A model generated the notes under the pieces. The model made no database searches. It was given only the letters and a program-made list of their open reading frames with translations, and was not told the DNA's origin. DNA of 64,000 bases from Isurus oxyrinchus (lineage: Eukaryota). The stretch spans positions 8,680,001 through 8,744,000 of the forward strand of contig JANJGN010000035.1 in assembly GCA_026770705.1 (NCBI GenBank). Reading direction: 5' to 3'. Positions 36,231 to 50,104 of this stretch are shown piece after piece; position 1 is the first letter of the stretch; each line of letters begins with the position of its first letter. The translations under genes were made by a program, and so were the position numbers.

Positions 36231-37460
36231 GTCCATGATGAGAGTTCTGCAAGTCTGAGCTGGTTCTCCTTAAATAACTGAAAACTCTCGGATTTTTTGT
36301 TATTGTTTCTCCTCTGATTATTGTTTAGGACACTTTACCCTTCCTTATGTCAAGCTGGCCAGTCGGTGGTTACGTGGAATCCATCTGGGCTACTTTTTGT
36401 TAATACCTCGCAAAGAATACGCTTACTGCTTTTTTCAACACACTTCGAATTTACATTCGTGTAGATGATCTCCGGATCCTTTTGACGTTTACGGCCATTC
36501 TATCCTTCCATTTCTTCCTGCCATTCCTGTTTTAATCTTTACTTCTCTTCTCAACGTTTTTATTTTATTTTCTTTGATTTTATACCATTTTATTTTAATT
36601 TGATTTGTATTCTTGTGAACAATTCACCTGAATTCCTTTCTCTGGTCACTTCAGGCAGTTGCTCATATTCCTGACTCCAATGACACTTCTGTTTTACACA
36701 TATGTACATAGCCACTGACACCTCCAGAAATCATTGCACTACCGATGGCTACCAGCGCTGCTATCCATCCCTCCATCATTTTTGCAGTATCTTCAACCAC
36801 TATAAGTTGAACAAAAAACGTCTTGAGCTGCTAATGCTCAATAATTCAATTGAGAGTCAGTATATTCTACACCTAACTGAATTATTTCAAAATTCAGGTG
36901 CGATTTCTTAAGTTTCAGGTTTACTTTCTGGATAGCATTTCAACTTGTACTTTGATATCCACTGTAGCAATAAATGATTTTTGTTGACTGTGAATAAAAC
37001 CCTTACGCATTTACTCAACTGTCTTACGTGGCACGTTGACGAGCTGTGGACGATGTGTTTATCGAAATGAGAAGTGGAAGAGTATTGATTTTACTTAGCA
37101 TTGATCATCTTTTAATGCTAAAAGAAGTGAGCATGCTACACAAAACTGATTTACCACTAACAACTCAAGCTATTACGTATTTGCTTACCGCCGTTGAGCC
37201 TTGTCCAGGTGTTTTGTCGTCATGGCTTTCCATTACATACATTTGAACGAAGAATTAATGAAGTCGCAAGAACAGAGGGACATTGTTCGGTTTAATTGTT
37301 GTTCTGTGATTTTTGTGAACAAGGAACTGTTTCAATTGGGTCCACCGTGTGGTGAACAATTGGTCTCTTGAAATTCCCATAGATATCATTGCATTCAAAT
37401 TAAATGCATGGCTAATATGAATGGGCGAAGATGGAAATTTACATGTTATGCATCTTTTGA
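36230..37460 (-). mobile_element. Ancient CR1 ORF2 (endonuclease to linker) relic
   Basis: RMAVNVK..PEIIYTNVNSKCV resembles CR1 RLAANIKGNPKVFYRHINSKRV. Upstream decayed KCI..., DI.GISET and IPGY-like DNA occur in CR1 order. Confidence 0.5.
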
Positions 37461-37519
37461 CACTCAGAGTGTGCAAGAAAGATTCCAATCAAAGGATATA
37501 ATCATTGGACTGTTCAGGT

Positions 37520-38195
37520 GAGAATAAAGCTGCCAAATGCATTTACTCCAAAGTGTATGGTTCTAGCTGAGTTAGTGAAAACATACAAGGCCATGAAAAT
37601 CACAGTAACTGAGAGGATACGAAGAAGGGAAAATTAATTTCCATACCTTGGAGTCTATGTCCACAGAACAATCAACTAACAAGGAGAGCTAGATAAGAAG
37701 GAGAAAATGATAAACAGAAACGATGCCTTTTTGGTCAAGGGTTAGGAAATATGATCTGCTTGGTGTATCATAAGTGTGTAAATTAATATTTAGCTTCAAG
37801 AAGCGTGTTACATCAAAGGTCTGTTATTACATTACAGTTCACAGCAGATATTTAGGTGTATGTTGGCAAAGGTCGAGAATTGTAACAATGAAGGACGGGT
37901 TATATCGGAGGAATTGGTTCTTCCCAAATAAGGGAACATTTAATTGAGACATATGACGTTGTAGACTGTGTTAGATGCATTGGGGAGGGAATTAATTATT
38001 GCCCTTAGCATTAAAGTTAACATCCCGGTTACGGGCTGGAGGGTAGGGTGGAGCTGGGGATACACTGGGCACAAAAATGTGGTTATTCAAAGTGTTACTG
38101 AAAGGTTGAGGAAATATGATTTTTTATTCAATCATAACTTGGTTTCTGGAACTTGTGGATTGAATGGATGTCACCTTTGGTGCGATTTTTTCTGA
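37520..38195 (+). mobile_element. Old CR1 3' fragment
   Basis: DLGVYVH-like (ccttggagtctatgtccac) and LIETY-like (ttaattgagacatat) segments and a CR1-like 3' UTR. Confidence 0.6.
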
Positions 38196-39429
38196 TGGTT
38201 CCCTGAAACTAAATCAATGTTGCTGATATAATGTGGATCTCTGTTAATAAGCCTACACCATCATTAGCGAATCTCAAGACATTTATGCACAATTATCGAC
38301 TCTTTGTAATGAATACAATCTTTATAGAAATGTTTATTGAAAGTAGAATTTCTGTCGATATTTAATTGTACTTCATTTTATGCACAAGTGCCGTGGAATC
38401 AACTCAACACTTCTGTATCCGTTGCTTTTGAACGACATGATCTGCTAGAAAGAGCAGTAATAACTGGAACTTGTTAAGAATGGAACATTATTTTAAGTCA
38501 TGCAACTTATCATACCACTTATGCATATTTTTCGAAGTGAACAGATATCAGAGTAAAAGTTAACTATACTTGTAAATATACCGTGTTCAAAAGCTATAAC
38601 ATTTTCAGATTAGTTAAACACATGGAGCTAAATAAGCATGCAATTATGTTGCTAATATCAGAATGTGTTTGAGTGAATTCGTTCATTGAAGTAATATGAA
38701 CATGTTACACGATTGGGACAGGGAAAATTAAAGGTGTGAAATGTAAATAGGCAAAATAAATTTACTATTCCATATTGACATTTGATGGGGTGGAGTGGCG
38801 GGCGGACTGGGGAGCAGAGAACAATTATAACAACAAAACAATAGCAACCTGTTCTAAAGATTGTAAACTTAGGAAACTATTTGCAAACAAATACGGGGTA
38901 ATAAAATTTAAAAACAAGCAGATGCAGGAAAGGCTTGACCTAAGTGAGAAATATATTAAGTCCTTTCAAAAGTGTGTTTAAGCTGTCGTTTAAAGAATTA
39001 GATGCGTTGTCCTGAAAACAGCCAGTGTATATTACTTTCACGACGTGAAACGCAACCAGTTTGACGCTATTTGTAACTCCTGTAGCAGGACTGAACTTGC
39101 CAGTTCTGTTTTCTTGTGTGGCCTTGAAGCAATCATTTTCTCCACTGATTTTCATTAAAAAAAACTATAATTAGTTATCCCAGCAGAAAACTTAGTAGCA
39201 ACCAAACATAACTGTGTCGAAATGGCATGATTGCAAAAGCAGCAATCACTGCAAGAGATAAAACAAGATTTCAGATGCTGCTATTAGAATGCAGCTGGTA
39301 GATTGGTCGTACTATGTTTAAATATTTTGAATTCCTTTATTCAATTTCTGATTTTTGGTATATATTTTAATATTTGGCATAATTTACATTGATTTACATT
39401 CTGAGCTTCTCCAAAGTCTCCTTTAATAA

Positions 39430-40750
39430 ATGAGTCAAACAATTCCATCAACATATTTATCAGGAAAGTGACGAACTGTGCCTGGACGTGCTGTACATTG
39501 CAGGTAATTCAAATAGCAGATGATGGGCAATAAAAGGTATAATTCGCTGAATACCAGGCACTTTCAAAAAGATGGGAGGGAAGCAAATGGAAACGATTTT
39601 TCTTTTTGATCTGAAGTCAGCCATAAGTTTCACAAACATTTGAGGTTTGCAAAGCGCCTAGCACTTTCTAATATCAGGATGATATGATCGCAGGAAAAAT
39701 AAGTTATGATAGGTGTAAATAGTCGGCAATTTCGAAATTCTATTTGAATCAAGAAACATGATACAGATTCATGCCCATGACATTATAGCAGAAGTTCTAT
39801 ATGAACAATCAACTTGCAATGAAAAGTCATAGTGATTTAGGTCTAGGTAGAAACTAGTGTTTTTTTTTAAAGGCCATTTTGATCATTCTATTCATCAGTA
39901 GATTAGTTATTTTAAAATGGGAGGTTGATCAGACCGTCAGGCACATTTCACCACCAAGACACAAGATGACCATACTGATCTCTGATATCCAATCAATCCA
40001 TGAAGCTCCCGCAATACAGTTGGGGGGGGGATTTCAGTTGCCTTGAATGGAAGAATTCATCATGTCTTGGATTTCAGAGAGAGACAATTTCAGTATCAAC
40101 TCTGGGCATAAACGTCTGGCAGTTGAGCGCTGAGCTTTCAGCCATTCCAGCCAGGACAGTAAGGGAAATAGAATGATTAAGTTGAACATTTGAGGAAATC
40201 ACATTTAGAAACCTCGATTAAACCTGTATCATTCTGCTTTAGTGCAGAGGACTGAACCTGGCCTTGCAACATTCGATTAGCTTTATACAACTTAAAAACA
40301 AAATCGGAAAGCAAAATATAATTATAGAACATTTTTGAAAAAGAATAGTGTTCAATTCAGTTATGGTGTCGATGTGTAGATTGTGCGCATCATCTCTGTA
40401 ATGAGAAATATTCTGAGGCCACTCTCATGTGGAAAAGATCAGTCAACAGCGCTGATTTTTAGGGAAAATTGGAATTAAAACGTAAATAATAAAAATTACC
40501 TTGTAAAGTTCGTACAGTTATCAGTTAAATTTCTTGTTCGAGCAAATTCATTGCCCGAAATTCCATATTATACCAATTGCTGTGAATGAAGTTAAGCTGT
40601 GAAACTGCGAGATGCTTTGCCACACATTGGCTCACTATATAAATTAACTTTTTATTTTTACTTATTTGTGAAAATAGGGTAAAGCCTCGTGAATATTGAT
40701 CGAAATGTATTACCACTTCAAACATAATTCCGCAATATCTATACATGAAA
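39430..40750 (+). mobile_element. Old CR1 ORF2 fragments (EN and RT start)
   Basis: KVDEL-like, GGDFS (GDFN motif, about 40025) and gaagttaagctgtgaaactgcgagatgctttg...aaatgtattaccacttcaaa (KEVAVEIADAL...NVTPLFK). Confidence 0.55.
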
Positions 40751-40943
40751 ATGTATGGAAATTGAGACAGTTTATGTAATTTTTATTTGCATCTGTGCAC
40801 GTTAGCAATGAGCTTTAGCTTTAAAGTTTAGGTTTGATTTGTATTTCCATCTTTTTGTGTTAAGGATGTGTCAAGATGTTTTTTTTTTCATTCCGTTCAA
40901 ACGTCCCTGCATTACCAATTAAAAGTTTAAAGATTATGAGAGA

Positions 40944-42063
40944 TGTTAGAGCAAAGAAGAGCTAGTATAGTATACCGGTGCTCTTGTCTCGCAACAAGGG
41001 TAAGGAGAAGCTGGCCGAACCCAAACGTTCACAGGAAAGCTGGGCGGAAAGCCATTTGAGTTCAATTGGTTTGAAGGCAGCAGCCAGGACAGACCCGATA
41101 ATGGGAGTGGGTCTACAGGGGGAACATATTTTTTACAAAACAACCCAATGGTCCAGTGGCCAATGGAGTCAGATAAACACAATAGAAAGCCCCAAGAATA
41201 ACTTCCAGTCAAAGCAATAAAGGTACTTTGAAATGGCCAAGATAAGTGAAATTGAGAGTGAAGAGCAAAGAAATCTTCAACGCTTAAAGAGGCGAAAGCT
41301 GCAGGAAGCATTGTAAAAAAGAAAACTATATAAGGGCTTGCGAGAAGCCAGAAGTTCCAAAGAGATTACTGAAATTTTGTGATTCTTAGGTATGGACATG
41401 TGAAGCAGTTTTGTATTTCCGATGGATCAGTCACTGGAATAGAATGTGGGGAAGAAGGCTTGAATGCATGTGGTGAACTGAGGAGCGGAACATCGGAAAC
41501 AGAGTACAACACAATGGAGGTGGACACTTATAGATGGCCTGGGAGAGAAAGGGTCTATGTGGGAGATTCTAAAACGTGATCCTGGGCTGTGGAGATTGCC
41601 AACCCAGATGTGAAATGCCGATTTCAGTGAGGGCAGTTGGCAGGCAGTGTGACGAGCGCCTGTGGGAAGTTGATGTTAGATCTGTATCATTTGATTGGAA
41701 TGGCATTGATAACTTGGTTTTAAAGTCTGGTGTGCCAAGGTCACAGGCAGCCTATTGGTTCATAAGCACTATGTACTTAATGTTAACATTAGAGTATACA
41801 TTTGCTTATATAAGTTCTGTTAGCCTTACCAATCTGTAAATATTAGTTAAGTTATAATAGTGCCTGAAACAGTATTGTAATATTATTCTTTTTCTTGTAA
41901 GATATGTTTTAGTCTTTTATTAAGGTTCATTAGTCTAGCCTGGTGACTCTGTTCATTAACCATTCTTCATGTATCTGAAGAAACAAATGAAGTTATAATC
42001 TGTCAACTCCTGTTCCAGCTGGGATCAGGCTTGTCTGGTCTAACATCAGCTTGTGTTATGACA
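40944..42063 (+). mobile_element. Putative solo LTR
   Basis: About 1.1 kb non-coding block starting TGTTAGA and ending TTATGACA (TG...CA). The end resembles recalled shark LTR termini. No TSD found. Confidence 0.4.
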
Positions 42064-42870
42064 ACAATAATCCAAGCAAACACAAACACAATTTTTGAAA
42101 GATTGAATGTTTTATAACGACAAGATAGAATACAAAACTGGCAAAAAATGTAAAATGGAAATCGGAAACATGTATTAAAAAGTTCAAGAGAACGAAGTAC
42201 ATATTTTTTTTGCATTAACCCTATGGAAAAGTAACCAGGCAGGAACATCATTATAGTAGCCATAGAGCAGAAATTATCAGTTAGGAAAGCACACTGCAAT
42301 TAGTGTCAGGAAAGAATGGTCAGGTTAAAAGAGACATCAAAAAGCACGGTAAAAATGTAAACAGGAATCGGTAAACAGATCTGTGAAGAAAATAGAAAAA
42401 AAATAGTAAATGTTATTGAGACCAAATGAAAGAAAAGTCAGGACGAAAATTCGTCACTAAAAACGGGGAAGATATTATCACAGAACGACAGAATCACAGA
42501 ATCACATTTGCAGAAGAGATCCATTGGCCCATCGACACTTCTCGGACAATTGAGAAACACCAGACCAACCTACCTAAACCCATTTACCAGCACTTGACTC
42601 ATAGGTGCTGAAGAAACTGACAAAGAAAGGGAGAATATAGTATGAATGTAAACTAGCATTAAACAAACATAAAAGTGCACTGCAGAGGCTTCTGCATGTA
42701 TGTAAAATGGATACATTTGGCTGAGATAAATGTGGGTCATGCTATTTAACATCGAAAACAGAAAAAAAAGCAGGGAAACTAAACAATTTTTTTTTTGTCT
42801 GACTACATTGAAAAACACAATATATCTGCAGGAATTAGAGCTCGAAAGAAATTGAAGGAAATCACAATGA

Positions 42871-43055
42871 AAAATTCTGCTGATGCTGTAAATCTGAAAT
42901 GAAAACAGGGAATCCCTGACAGGAAAAAGCTGAGGAGGTCTCGCAGCGTCTGTAGGGAGAGAAATACTGATAATCTTTCGAGTCCGTATGTATCTTCTTC
43001 AGGGCTTGCTGCCAGAGATGCAGCGTTTTTCAAACATTTTCTGATTTTATTTCAG
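42871..43055. mobile_element. Inverted pair of PLE tail fragments (second family) with a canonical hammerhead core
   Basis: Minus strand 43002-42976 reads CTGAAGA-agatacatacggactc-GAAA. A short plus-orientation tail ending ttttatttcag follows. Confidence 0.6.
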
Positions 43056-43059
43056 CATA

Positions 43060-44480
43060 TACGACAGGGAAGTATTTGGTAAATTAATCGGACTGAAAGT
43101 TGATAAACAGCTGGGCTGGGTCGCGATGCTACACATCCCAGAATTTTGAAAGACGAAGCTTTTGAGTTAATGGATGCAGGTGGATCTCCTAAAATCATTA
43201 CATTTTGGGGTGTTTCCTGCAGTTTGTAAAGTAGCAAATGTTACCACATTATTCAAAACAGCTGGGAAAAGATGGGGTCTTTTGCCTTATGTCAGCAAAG
43301 GTTAAAATGCTTGAATCTATTCCATGGAATGTGATAGGTGCTTACATAACAATTATTAGCTTGGTATAGTCAATATGGAGTGATGAAAGGAAGTCATACT
43401 TGTCGAACATGTATCACATCTTTTTTGAGGGTTTTAATAACATTATTGATGAAGGGGTATCACAAAATGTCAGTGTGCAAGTACAGCAAGCAGGAAGGAA
43501 TGCGTACATAATGTTATCATGCATTACAAGCGGCACTGATTGCAAAGTATGCCGGAAATGCTTCAGTGGTACAGGGTACGAGTGAGACGACACTTACATT
43601 ACTGTGTACAGTTTGATCACCTGACTGTATGAAGGATGCAAATGCGTGGTAAGCAGTTCAGTGAAGTTTTATCAGAGTAATACCTGGAAGAGTGGTTTGC
43701 CTCATGATGAATGGTTGGACAGGCTAGTCTTGCAGACACTGGACTTTAGAAGAGTAAGAGGCGACTGAATTGAAACAGGTAACATCCTCATAAAATACTT
43801 TCTTTCACTCAGAGAGTCTTGAACATTTGAAACACTTCCTGTAAAATGGTGGAAGCTGAATATTTTGATACTTTGAGGCGGGCTGAATACTTTCTCGTTA
43901 AGCAAGGGGGAGATAAGCGACAGGTGCGATGGGGATTTCAGGTTCCTATCTGATCAACATTCATCTGATTAAATGGTGGAGCAGGTTCTCCAGACTGAAT
44001 GGCCTATCCTGTCCCTCATTTTGTTGTTCTTATGTGATTGAGCCAATGTTTATACTTGAATTTCCAGAAGCATTTGATAAACATCCCCACAGGAATTTGA
44101 GTGGCAAATTCGAAACACATAGGGTAGGAGGTTATGTACTGACATGGATTAAGGATTGGTTAACACATAGAAGACAGAAAGTAGGAATTATCACGCCATT
44201 ATCGTTTTGGCATGCTGCAATTTTAGGATGCAGAAAGAGCAGTTCTTTGTCACATATGTCCAAGTATCAATGATTTGGAAATGAGTAACATATGAGTCCA
44301 AGTTCGCAGGTGACACAAACTTCCTTGGGAATGCCTGCTGCGAGGAAGTTGGAAAGCAGCTTTAGAGGATTTGGACAAATAAGTGAGCGAAATTAAAATG
44401 ACAGATGAAATATTAGGTGGAAAAATATGAGATTTTCCTGTTTGGAAAGAGCCACTAATGCGGAGTATTTCTTAAAAGTT
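43060..44480 (+). mobile_element. CR1 ORF2 fragments (nested or rearranged)
   Basis: HPRILK, ANVTTLFK, YCVQF, LEFPEAFDKHPHRNL..WIKDWLTHRRQKVGI and SKFAGDTN. Confidence 0.8.
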
Positions 44481-47019
44481 TGTAACTTCATAGTTCAGAC
44501 CATTTAACAGATCAGAAAACCTTGAGATTTTTTTGTTATTATGTTCCAAATGGTTATTTCGCAAATCCTTCAATTGCTCAAATTATATTCTTTCAGATGT
44601 TTTACTTGATTCAATTCAGCGCTAAGGCTCATTACTATTTCTCGATCAATGATGTAAGCTTCATAATACTGGGCAGTCATTTTTCTTTCTGACACATGTA
44701 TCTTGCACGAAACTAACTAAACACATCATTCCACTATTTCTGATGTTTAGACTTTATATAATTTAAACCATCCTCTTGACCACAATGCTGTGGTGTATCC
44801 TGCCTTATCTGCCAATGCGGCAGGATCAGCGGATTCATTCTTAGGTTACTTTGGGAAATGCATTTTTTTTATGGATAAGGTTGCTTGGTTTTTAGTTCTT
44901 CCCCTTTGATAAATGGCGTTGATACGTCCTCAGCATTAGCTCAGCCAAATATTTATTCACATGGACTACAACATAGTTGAGAATATCTTATGCTCAATAG
45001 CAACTTCTGACTCGTGGTGCACCGTCACAGGTTGTGGGAAAGCTATAATCCTCGATTGCCCTTCCTTCATGTAAGATTCATACGATTAGTGACAGTTTAG
45101 AATGGAAAAAAATCTACACAAAGAATAATAGTTAGCCTATTCCCTTTAAACAATGGAATACGCGTACATTTTCCATATATACCATTTAAAAATACAATAC
45201 TTTTTTTATTTACTAAGAAATGACTCAATATTTTTGAAACCACAAATTATGAGGTAAATATGTTTCTCCAATGTCAACAATCTATCTTTATAGGCTTCTC
45301 TGCTATAACAACAACAAGTGGAATCAATTCCTCATTAGACACGAAACCTCAATAATTTCTTACGTTTCTATTTAAACCAATGGCAAATTCATTGCAACGT
45401 GTTGGTTTCTCCCAAGATTCACTCATTGTGCAGCCATTTCGAGCAAAGCACGAGCGACCGTTACCGCCGCCCTAAGTTTGAACTTGAAGCTCCAAACACC
45501 TACTTTCAAACAAATTGCGATATGACAGTGAAAACATTTTGGGACTTATGAAAAAATCTTTATCCAATTTTTACATCACATTGCGGGCAAAACATATTTT
45601 CTCTCTTTAATTATTTTGTTCCTGTCTGCAGTCCTGTTTAAATTAATTAAATTTCAGTTCAATCTTTTTTTATCATTAACGTTTTGTGGAAATTTTCAAG
45701 CAATAGTTTATAGGGACATGTGTCTCTGTGCATTAAATTTAAGCTATAAAGCAAAATAGCTGCTTTCCTCAGAATTAGGAATGTATGGCTTTCCAGGTCT
45801 GTCCTGGCAATTACTCAGATGCCGTTTCCACTTAAACCAATTCATAGCATTACTCATAATCTCATATCATTTCATTAATTTTGTTGCTGTAAATGAAATG
45901 TGAAACAATATAGAGCAAATTCGGCGGATGCTTGCTGCTGCATTTTCGTCCAAGGCAGTTTTTTTTTTTAATTGCCGAAACCCGAGGTTATCTTGTACCA
46001 AAATTTCTAAAGTCATATAATCAGAAGTTTGCTATTCTTGATGATTTTAATGAATATATCTCCGATCATATGTCAAAACACTTTGAAGCTAAGAGCCCAT
46101 CTGTCCTCTCATGACCCGAGATTTGCAGTAATGTTCTTCAACAAGGTAACGTTGCAACTCGGCGGCAGGAATTTTATTTTTTTTCCGTGTCAGGTCAGGT
46201 CTTGGATGCTACTTAATTAATCGCCTGAGCTATTAGTTTTGCATTCATCTCCTAACAAAAGCTGTTATTTACCCAGTCCTTGCTAGCAGGCCACTTTCAC
46301 AACTTAAAGTCTCTTGAAAATTTTCTTAACTGTTTCTTCGTTTGTTACCTGCTAACTCTTGGAACCTTGTCTACACATTTACACTGAGCCCTTGCACTTG
46401 ACCTGTTCATTACTTCTTATTTTGCCTCTGCTACCCCAGCATCCTCCATTTAATCCTCTTTTAAATTGTTCCATTGCTAACTGAGCTATCGCCAAACTTT
46501 GCTGCTTAAATTGTTTGTTTATTTTAGTCTGTAGCTCCTGCTCTCATATTTAGGTCACCCAGACTTTTGTAAGCTGCTAAAAAAACAACTACACACAAAT
46601 TTTTATGTTCCAGTAAACTGGTTTTATGACTTGACAAAGCCATTCTGCTTTTTCACTTGATAAACTGAAATTCACTGGGAAATCTTATTAGGTTTAACAT
46701 TAAAAATCCAGGGCAGAAGTGTCAGAAGCTGGAATATAAAACATACAAAAATATTCGAAAACAGTTAGGTTTTGCAAAGAGTGTACTAAATCTCATAGGC
46801 ACTTTCGATTTCACAGCGTCTAATTAAAATAACATGTGACACGATTTCACATAATGCAATACAACAAAGGGTTCGCTCATATCTCATTCTGAGACCAAAA
46901 AAGGGTGAGCCATAGATATATGCAATTCGTTTGGTTTCCTCAATGTGATCCAATGAAAGGCGACGTGCAACATTTCAATAGAAATCGTCGATTTTATTTT
47001 TTTTGGCAAAGTGACCTTG

Positions 47020-47480
47020 AATTCTCCTTGAAAATCTCGTGATTGTGGAATCCTCTGCTCACGCTTTGGATCTCAGTGTGTCCATCATCAGCGATGTAAC
47101 AATTATGAGCATCTTGGTTCCAAATGGCCTCCATGTTTCTTTTTTCTCTGAATTAAATTCATTCTGCCAATTGCGTGCTTATTCGGGCAGTCCAACTGTC
47201 TACTGTTGCATTTTCGTTTCTTAATGGTACTGCTCCAAGTTTGGTACAATTGGCCAGTTTTGAACTTTTTTTTTTCTGTATGCCAAGAACCAATGTTTTC
47301 ACATATGGCACGAATTGTATTGGCCCGAGCAGTGATGCAGTAGGAGCACCACAACCTGCAATCCTCCAGTCTAAGAAATAATAAATCACAATTCACTCTT
47401 TTCTCTCCTTCTACCTCTTTTTTTTATTGTTCTGGGCATTGAATCTCATATTCCATGAGCCTCCATTTATCAGCCAGGCT
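47020..47480 (-). mobile_element. CR1 RT relic
   Basis: DWRIAGCGAPTASLLGPIQFVPYVKTLVLGIQ..SSKLANCTKLG resembles DWRxVxSGVPQGSVLGPLLFxIYINDLDLGIQxxISKFADDTKLG. Confidence 0.7.
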
Positions 47481-47639
47481 TCTTGACAAGGCATTTTACT
47501 AAAACCTTCATTAATATCATTCACCATCAAATGGGAGCACCCTAGTAATACTTGTTTAATTGCAAAATCTGAAGTGCTTTGATGTGGATATATATGAGAA
47601 GCAACAGAGCTATATATTTATTGTCCTGTAGACCATCAA

Positions 47640-49080
47640 TTGGCAGGATGTTGGCGGGGCGGGGGGTGGAGTTTTGCTGGGGAGGTAATGGGTAAGGCCG
47701 AGAAGCATACAATTTAATGAACGGGATTTCAATGGATTTCCGATGGGTTAATGCCGCCTCGACCACTGCACAATTTTACGCTTGGTGGGTCGTGACCCAT
47801 CTGCTCTTTCCCAATTGAAGCCTTGAGAAAATTATTGACTACATAAGGTTTCCACCCAGCCTCAATTTTCAGGCTAGAGCGAACAATTCAGTTGCAAGTT
47901 GGAACCCGAAAGGTTGACTGGGCTAGGCCATTTAGCCTGGCGGAATTTCCTGGTGCAGCAAGAGAAAAGGCCACCGGGGGTCACCGATTTTAAAAGGAGA
48001 ACAGCACTTCAAAAACCAACGGTTTACCCCCATTGGTTTTCTGTTTTCCCTAACATGACAGAAAACCTCCATGCTGGGTAAATATCGACACTGGCCCTAT
48101 TCTGCCTCTAACAATAATAATTTGGCCTGAAGGGGCCGATAATCGGTCAAGTGTAGGCTGGCCGGCCAAGGCCCAGAACGCTTGGACAGAGCTCATAGAC
48201 CATCTGAGGAATTCTGCGCTGATCAGAAAGTCTTCCAAAGGGGAACATAACATTAGCGACCATTTCAGCCCTCCGGCAGGATTGGTGCCCTCCATTTGCA
48301 AGACTTTGGATTGTCAGCTGTAGGGCCGGGGCGGCACTCCCACAGTGATCAGGAATTGTTTTGTGGCCACCATGTGATAAACGCAGTCTGCTGAAGGAAG
48401 ATTGGTATTAATTTGCTTTCTTTATATATATTCAATGAATTTTCCCAGTTAGTTTAATCCCAGACAGATCCAAGCGCAATAGCCCATTGTCTCTTCTTAC
48501 AATTGGAGTAAATGTATTTACCGATGTGACTTCATTCCAATGCTAGGCATGTATTTTATCCTGTCATACCCTTTAATCATCTAACACAATAATATTTGTT
48601 CATAATTTTTCCGATTGTTCCTCATTCAGCTTTGCATTGTTTTAGGGCGAATTTAACGACAAAATGTTGCACCTCCCGTTACTATAGGGAGCCCCGAAAA
48701 ATATTCTATAACCAGCAGCAGTTCCTCCATATGGCATCTCGAATGATAACCCAACTCTATGCTCCCCGCGTCCCTAGGCGTCACCTTAGCTCCGCAAACT
48801 GTGATAACAGAACTTTTTTTTTTGATGACAGGTGCTCCTTAGGCTCTGGAGATTGCTTGTAGTCCCAAAGGTCTGCACACCAGTTTCTGCTGCTACAGGG
48901 AGCAGGGATGTACTGGCCAATCAGAGTGGATGAAAGCTGTCTGAGGCGAGAGTCCCTCCCAGTGAGGAGCACAAGTCAGTCTGAAGAAAAATAAGGAGCA
49001 TTATATTGAGAGGGACAGGTAACAGTGCCCGGGAGTTTTCTTCGCCATGCCTTCAGATTATGGAAAAGCACTGGCCCATG
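47640..49080. mobile_element. GC-rich non-autonomous DNA-transposon-like relics
   Basis: GC-rich islands bounded by ggcaggat.../gggcgaattt.../...ggaaaa..ggccc-type ends, with similar ends at 19.2-19.8, 22.8-23.0, 33.4-33.6 and 51.7-52.2 kb. No coding motifs recognised. Confidence 0.35.
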
Positions 49081-50104
49081 ATTCTACACAATTTTAACAT
49101 AATTCATCACTTTACAATTATTCTTCCACTCCGGTTCTGTGGCAGTTGCCACGTCGTTGTCAATTATTCACCTCATCATGTCTAAGAACGCTGATACTTG
49201 TAAAGTGAGGTGGTAGGCAACGAGACTAACTCAGTTGGAACTGAATAAGAAACTCGGTGCTGTTGCCAGTAACCTGATACACTGGTAGCCTTCTGCCCAG
49301 CTGAAAGACTGCGGCAACCGTGCAACTATGCATATATGGAACTTTGCGGCTCTTTTTATTCCATTTTTAAGTTGTATCTATGCTTGTGTTCCCTCTTTAA
49401 TTTAGTTTTAACTTCCTTTTGCACTTAGGCTGTAGACGAACTTTCTGTTTTATCCACTTGTGTCTGATTTCATGTTTTCCTGTTGGAGTTTCAATTTGTC
49501 ACTTAACTGTTCAATCTGCGAGTTTTGTGAAGGCATCTGGAAATCAATTTGAGACTACCTCAGTGCGAACAATATACCCAAGTCTGTCATTTTCAAAGTT
49601 TATCATTGGTTTATTTTTTTTTTAATGTAAATTTGATGCAATTTGTGTGTAATGGTAATCCCAGCACGGATCCATGTGCAGCACTGAGTTGCCACTTAAT
49701 AATTCTGAATAAATGAATTTCCCAATATCACTTCCTTTCGATGTTACACATCTTTTTTCTTCACGTAAATTACTTTAAATATATGCAACACTGAATTAGT
49801 TCATGAATTTCTATTCATTGCACATGGAGCTTCTCATTGCTTTAGCTCGTTTTTCACCACAAGACGTGCCATATTTTCCTTAACTGTTCACATTTCATTG
49901 CAAACAAATGTGTTGCAGTTAGCACCGAGCTTTAATTATAGTTCCCCTTTAACTCAATTAAGGAATAAGCCTGTTTGAATCAATGATTAACATAATTTAG
50001 ATTTCATTACTGGAATCTAAATCGCCCCATTAAATAATTGGATATCATAGACATATTGGAGTTGAGTTTCATTTTCAAAACGCCGCAATGCTTGACACGA
50101 TGGG

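Noticed and set aside
36625-36790. Apparent transmembrane exon (GWIAALVAIGSAMI.LEVSVAMYICV), suggesting a membrane-anchored NLR
   Set aside because: It needs a frameshift and lies collinearly inside a CR1 ORF2 relic (36230-37460). There is no independent support.
37150-37490. Ig V-like frame (CITCKFP...GQGST)
   Set aside because: No properly placed Trp or DxGxYxC motif. The DNA better matches the start of a CR1 endonuclease.
38775-39540. LRR-like words on the plus strand (DCKLRKL; LDVLYIAGN.IADDG)
   Set aside because: They are short, on the opposite strand to the NACHT relics and lack exon structure. The second overlaps a CR1 endonuclease start.
40500-40740. LRR-like exon on the minus strand (LRELCLSGNTF..., ISGNEF) with AG/GT ends
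   Set aside because: It needs frameshifts, and the plus strand matches CR1 KEVAVEIADAL...NVTPLFK. Antisense coincidence.
45932-46114. Walker-B-like KFAILDDFNEY in a short ORF
   Set aside because: No Walker A or other NACHT motifs nearby, and the region is surrounded by CR1 debris.
47100-47396. MHC alpha2-like or Ig C1-like reading (RIAGC..QF..E*I; YQTWSS..CPNKH)
   Set aside because: The DWR...GP...SKLANCTKLG frame is CR1 RT (SGVPQGSVLGP...SKFADDTKLG). The same start recurs in the CR1 relic at 34.6 kb.
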